Shown piece after piece: positions 59,976 to 64,000 of a stretch of DNA of 64,000 nucleotides; position 1 is the first letter of the stretch, and the number at the start of each line of letters is the position of its first letter. A program made the position numbers and the translations under genes. The notes under the pieces were generated by a model. It made no database searches. It saw only the letters and a program-made list of their open reading frames with translations, and was not told the DNA's origin. Origin of the DNA: an uncultured Chloroflexia bacterium (lineage in GTDB: Bacteria > Chloroflexota > Limnocylindria > Limnocylindrales > CSP1-4). Location of the stretch: positions 342,103-406,102 of the forward strand of contig CAVTIO010000003.1 in NCBI GenBank assembly GCA_963734935.1. Reading direction: 5' to 3'.

Positions 59976-61061
59976 CTACTGACCGTTCCAGAGCGTGTAC
60001 GTCGACGACGAGGGCGGGTAGTCGCCCGACGGCAACGTCTGTGGCGTCACCAGCTGGAGGGCGACGTACACGTGGGGTGGAAGCGCTTTGCCAGCGAACG
60101 CGTCCTGGAACAGCTCCATGGCCGTGGTTCCGATCTTTGGATAGTCGATGAACCAGTCGGCCTGAAGCACGCTCCCCTGCTGCATCCGCTGGCCGACGGC
60201 AGGCTGGTAGTCGGTACCAGTGACAAACAGGTCGTTGCGTCCCGCGGCATCGGCCGCGGCGGCGGCACCGAGCGCCGGCTCGTCCCAGGCGCCCCAGATG
60301 GCGCCCAGCTGGCCGGCCGGGTACTTGGTGAGCCAGCTCTGCGTCGTCGCCTGCGCATCGTCCAGCGCCTTGGCGACGTCGAGCTCGTGCTTCTCGACGA
60401 TGTTGATGTCCGGATAGGCGCCGAGGGCCGCCTCAAGGACCTCCTGGCGCAGGCGGATGTTCGTCGCGGCGCTGAACGCCAGCATCGCGACGTTGCCCTT
60501 GCGGCCGAGGCGATCCGCGATATAGGTGGCCTCCTGGGACCCAACGTCGAACGGGTTGGCCACGATCTGCGACGAGACGTTCGGGTCGTAGTCGTTGGAG
60601 TTGACGCTGATGAATGGGATGCCGGCCGCCTTGGCTGCCTGGATCTGCGAGGACAGGGCGCTCGGATCGAGGATGTCCACGACGATGCCGTCGACCTTTG
60701 CCGTCGTGAAGCTGGAGACGGCTGCGGCGACCTTACCCGGGTCACCCGCCGTGTCGACGACCTGGACGGTCCACCCGAGCTGATCGGCCATCTGCTTCAT
60801 GGCGTCGATCATCCGGGCCGATCCCCCGTTATTGGCCGCGAGCGACACGACCCCGATGGTCTTCGCTTCCGCGGCAGCCGGACTCGCGGCCGTGCTTGCA
60901 GCCGGACTCGCGGCCGTGCTCGCGGCAGGGGCGCTGGTCGCGGGCGCCGCGGCAGTTGGCGCCGTCGTGGGGGTGGGGGTTGGATTGATCGTGCCGCAGG
61001 CCGCCACCCCGAGAGCGACAACTGCGAAGGCGCCGATCAGGCGCCGGGACGCGGTGTTCAC
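59976..61061 (-). CDS. Sugar-type ABC substrate-binding lipoprotein (RbsB-like)
   Basis: RBS GAGGAGGAGG, GTG start, lipobox VAAC, Ala/Pro/Thr linker, AKAAGIP, WDEPALGA and TGTD. Confidence 0.9.
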   Translation of the reverse strand: MNTASRRLIGAFAVVALGVAACGTINPTPTPTTAPTAAAPATSAPAASTAASPAASTAASPAAAEAKTIGVVSLAANNGGSARMIDAMKQMADQLGWTVQVVDTAGDPGKVAAAVSSFTTAKVDGIVVDILDPSALSSQIQAAKAAGIPFISVNSNDYDPNVSSQIVANPFDVGSQEATYIADRLGRKGNVAMLAFSAATNIRLRQEVLEAALGAYPDINIVEKHELDVAKALDDAQATTQSWLTKYPAGQLGAIWGAWDEPALGAAAAADAAGRNDLFVTGTDYQPAVGQRMQQGSVLQADWFIDYPKIGTTAMELFQDAFAGKALPPHVYVALQLVTPQTLPSGDYPPSSSTYTLWNGQ

Positions 61062-61075
61062 GTAGAACCTCCTCC

Positions 61076-62497
61076 TCATCGCACGCTGACGGTCATCGCA
61101 TCGGCTGACCGTGCGGCAGTTGCCCGAGTGATGTAGCGGCCGCCCCCGGATGGACCGACGAACCGGCCATCTTCGACCATGACGACGCCGCGCAGGATGG
61201 TGGCGACCGGCCGCCCGGCGTAGGCGTACCCGTCCCAGATGCTGTAGTCGACGGTGTGGAGATCGGCCAGGCGGAAGGAACCAGCAGCCTTCGCATCGAA
61301 GATGACGAGGTCCGCATCAGACCCGACGCGCACCGCCCCCTTCTGTGGCCACATGCCCATGAGCTTCGCGACGCGCGTCGACGTGAGGTCGACGAAGCTC
61401 CGCATCGTCATCCCGCGCTTGGCGACCGCCTCCGTGAACACAACCGTGAGGCGAGTCTCGAGACCGTTGTGGCCGGCAGGGGGCGTGGGCAGGGACAGGC
61501 CGACCGCGTTTCGGTTGGCGAGGTCGTTTGCGTAGTCATCGGTGCTGACATGGTCGATCGTGCCGGCTTTCAGGGCCTCCCAGATCGCGTCGCGGTGAGA
61601 TGGTGGCCGAAGCGGTGGATAGTTGCCCCAGTTCGCACCCTCCGGCCGGTCGGTCACGTCTTCCTTGGAGAAGACGAGGTAGTTGTGGCAGGTCTCGGCG
61701 AAGACCGGCAGGCCCGCGTCCCTGGCCCGCCCGATCTCGGCGATCGCGTCCGATGAGGTCACGTGGAGGACGTAGAGCGGGATCCCCGCCGCACCGGCGA
61801 GGGCGATCGCCCGGGCGACCGCCTCTGCCTCGACCCAAGCCGGCCGACTTTCGTCCGCGAAGCGGTAGCTGGACTTGCCCGCCGCCACGAGCTCGGCGGC
61901 GAGCCGGCCGATGATGTCGCCGTTCTCAGCATGGACGATACCCATGCCTCCGGACGCAGCGAGCGCACGGAACAACGCGAACGTTCCGCCGTCACCCGGA
62001 TACAGGCCCGGGAAGTTCATGAACACCTTGATGCTCGGGACGCCCGCCTCGACGAGCGCGGGCACCTCCTTGAGATCCGCCTCGCTGATCTCGCCGGCGA
62101 TCAGGAAGTGGAGCGCATAGTCGCAATCAACGTGACCGTCGGCCTCGGCTCGCTTGGTTGCGTAGGCAGCCAGCGGCGAGCCTGCACCCGCGTCGCGATA
62201 CGCGAAGTCGAAGACGGTGGTCGTTCCGCCATGGAGGGCGGCCCGACTGCCCTGCTCATACGGCTGCGAGAGGATTGGCGGGAGGCCGAAGTTGAAGTGG
62301 ATGTGGGCATCGATGCCACCGGGAATGACGTAGCGCCCGCCGGCGTCGAGCTCGCGCGTGGCAGAACCGTCGATCGTGCCGGGCAGGCCGATCGCGATGA
62401 TCCGCCCATCCCGCGCGGCGACGTCCGCGGGGCCTTCCCATGCCTCGTCGACCAGGATCCCGTTGCGTACGATCAGGTCGTATCCCGGTCCGTTCAT
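61076..62497 (-). CDS. Dihydropyrimidinase/hydantoinase-like cyclic amidohydrolase
   Basis: PGGIDAHIH, GGTTT, carboxy-Lys SIKVFM, VHAEN, LHVT, ETCHNYL, PPLR, STDD and GSDADLVIFD. Confidence 0.9.
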   Translation of the reverse strand: MNGPGYDLIVRNGILVDEAWEGPADVAARDGRIIAIGLPGTIDGSATRELDAGGRYVIPGGIDAHIHFNFGLPPILSQPYEQGSRAALHGGTTTVFDFAYRDAGAGSPLAAYATKRAEADGHVDCDYALHFLIAGEISEADLKEVPALVEAGVPSIKVFMNFPGLYPGDGGTFALFRALAASGGMGIVHAENGDIIGRLAAELVAAGKSSYRFADESRPAWVEAEAVARAIALAGAAGIPLYVLHVTSSDAIAEIGRARDAGLPVFAETCHNYLVFSKEDVTDRPEGANWGNYPPLRPPSHRDAIWEALKAGTIDHVSTDDYANDLANRNAVGLSLPTPPAGHNGLETRLTVVFTEAVAKRGMTMRSFVDLTSTRVAKLMGMWPQKGAVRVGSDADLVIFDAKAAGSFRLADLHTVDYSIWDGYAYAGRPVATILRGVVMVEDGRFVGPSGGGRYITRATAARSADAMTVSVR

Positions 62498-63369
62498 TCC
62501 GGCGCTCCGTACTCATCGAGGATGGCCATCGCCTCAGGGACGCCGGTCAGCTCCTGCCATTCCTCAAACGTCGCCATCTGCGCCCAGCGGTCACGGCTGG
62601 TTCCGGTCGCGCGGAGCACCGCGAGAGCGTCCCGCATGGCGGCGACGGCCGCGAAGTAGGCGGTCGTCGGGTAGATCGCCAGGGCGTAGCCGAGATCCTC
62701 GAGTTCGCGGCCGGACAGGAAGGGGGTCTTGCCGCCCTCGACCATGTTGGCCATCGTGGGCACGTCGAACAGCCGGGGCACCGCGGCGAGCTGCTCTTCG
62801 GTCTCCATGCCCTCGACGAATACGACGTCCGCGCCCGCATCGACATACCGCCGGGATCGCTCCACCGCGTCGTCGAAGCCCGAGACCGCGATCGCGTCGG
62901 TTCGAGCCACGATCACAAAGTCAGGGTCTGTCCTTGCGGCAGCCGCAGCACGGATCCGGCCGACATGCTCCTCGGCGCTCACGAGCTTCTTGCCCGCGTA
63001 GTGGCCACACCGGCGCGGGACGTCCTGGTCCTCGAGGTGGAGGCCAGCGGCCCCAGCGTGCTCGAGCTCACGCACCAGCCGCTGCAGCGCGAGCACCGAA
63101 CCAAACCCGGCCTCGCCGTCCGCGAGGATCGGCAGCCCGGTCGCCATCGCGGCTCCGCCCACCTGCGCGACTGCCTCGGTGAGCGAGCGGGTCCCGAAGT
63201 CCGGCAATCCGGGGAACGATGATGACGACAGCCCGCCCGAGAAGTAGATGGCCTCGTACCCGGCACGCGCGACGAGCCGAGCGGAGACCCCGTCATAGGC
63301 GCCCGGCATCAGCACGAGCGGCTTTGCGGCGATCAGCTCGCGAAACCGGCGGGCGGGCGTGGCAGTCAC
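62494..63369 (-). CDS. Isocitrate lyase/PEP mutase superfamily enzyme (PrpB/DMML-like)
   Basis: PGAYD, GLPD, DGEAGFG, EDQ..PRRCGH, ARTDA, AGAD and NMVEGGKTP. Confidence 0.92.
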   Translation of the reverse strand: MTATPARRFRELIAAKPLVLMPGAYDGVSARLVARAGYEAIYFSGGLSSSSFPGLPDFGTRSLTEAVAQVGGAAMATGLPILADGEAGFGSVLALQRLVRELEHAGAAGLHLEDQDVPRRCGHYAGKKLVSAEEHVGRIRAAAAARTDPDFVIVARTDAIAVSGFDDAVERSRRYVDAGADVVFVEGMETEEQLAAVPRLFDVPTMANMVEGGKTPFLSGRELEDLGYALAIYPTTAYFAAVAAMRDALAVLRATGTSRDRWAQMATFEEWQELTGVPEAMAILDEYGAPE

Positions 63370-64000
63370 TCGGACCTCCTCGATGCGGAGTCATCGGACA
63401 GCTCGGCAAGCACGTCGTCGCTCGACCTGACCGTGGCGAAGTTGCGGTGGAGCCGCACGAGCGCCTGAGCATGGAGCTCGGCCGTGCGATCGGCGCAGGC
63501 GTCGTCGACGAGGACGACCCCGTAGTCGAGATCACACGCGTCCCGCACCGCGCTCTCGACGCAGCCGCTGGTTACGACGCCACCGACGACCAGGGTGTCG
63601 ATGCCCATCTGGCGAAGCGTTCGGTCGATGTTCGTCGAGAGGAAGACGCTGGCCGTGGTCTTGTTCCAGACGAGGTCGCCGGGCCGATGGTCGAGCTCGT
63701 CCAGGATCGCCGCATCGCGGCTGTCTGGCGCCACCTCGATCCCGAACTCGCGGAAACGCCTGCCGTTGTCCCGCGCATTGGGCGCGAACGACACGCAGCG
63801 CGTGAACATGACCGGCATACCGCGGGCGCGCGACGCATCGATGAGCCGCGCCGCGGCCGGCACCGCGATGGCCTCCAGGCGCTCGAAGTACGGGGCGATC
63901 TGCTCCCACGTACCGTCGCGTCGCGCCCGGATCGCCTGCTCGCCTTCGGCGGAGGCGTCCAGATACTGCAGGTCGATGAGCAGCAGGGCACTCGTCGCTG
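63366..64000 (-). CDS. Isochorismatase-family cysteine hydrolase (5' end beyond window)
   Basis: LLLIDLQY (Asp), NKTTAS (Lys) and GVVTSGCVES (Cys) triad; frame stays open to the window edge. Confidence 0.9.
   Translation of the reverse strand, partial: ATSALLLIDLQYLDASAEGEQAIRARRDGTWEQIAPYFERLEAIAVPAAARLIDASRARGMPVMFTRCVSFAPNARDNGRRFREFGIEVAPDSRDAAILDELDHRPGDLVWNKTTASVFLSTNIDRTLRQMGIDTLVVGGVVTSGCVESAVRDACDLDYGVVLVDDACADRTAELHAQALVRLHRNFATVRSSDDVLAELSDDSASRRSE

Overview
High-GC bacterial chromosome segment. Gene content and style suggest a soil or freshwater Chloroflexota (Limnocylindria-like) or actinobacteria-like organism; this is inference only. Most of 1-49 kb is housekeeping or metabolic: a DUF1611 + dipeptide-epimerase pair, a PadR module, tRNA-Glu, acyl-CoA dehydrogenase, adenosine deaminase, a 2-oxoacid dehydrogenase operon (lpdA-E1a-E1b-[2 inserted genes]-E2-lipA), nnrE, a sulfite-oxidase-family gene, mutY, a heptad-repeat diguanylate cyclase, an ABC exporter, a TPP-riboswitch-controlled ECF transporter, a PhoP/MprA-like two-component system with visible binding boxes, and metY-metX. 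The most notable items are: (1) a near-leaderless Met/Cys-containing 28-aa uORF with alternative hairpins and a terminator ahead of metY-metX, a candidate ribosome-dependent sulfur-amino-acid attenuator; (2) a 7-kb integrase-less island at tRNA-Gln, bounded by a 47-bp att-like repeat and built from cassettes and truncated gene ends around two copies of an unknown ~103-bp element; (3) inside it, a 1451-aa GH3 enzyme with a nested duplicated module inserted in its catalytic domain, preceded by a ROK-repressor remnant and two candidate operators; (4) a 20-bp palindromic REP-like family in inverted pairs; (5) an uncharacterised catabolic operon (isochorismatase-like, ICL/PEP-mutase-like, dihydropyrimidinase-like, sugar-type ABC, metal hydrolase) running off the right edge. 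Two single-base frameshifts may be assembly errors. No CRISPR array, rRNA, integrase or transposase was seen. All family calls come from motif recognition by eye, not database searches.
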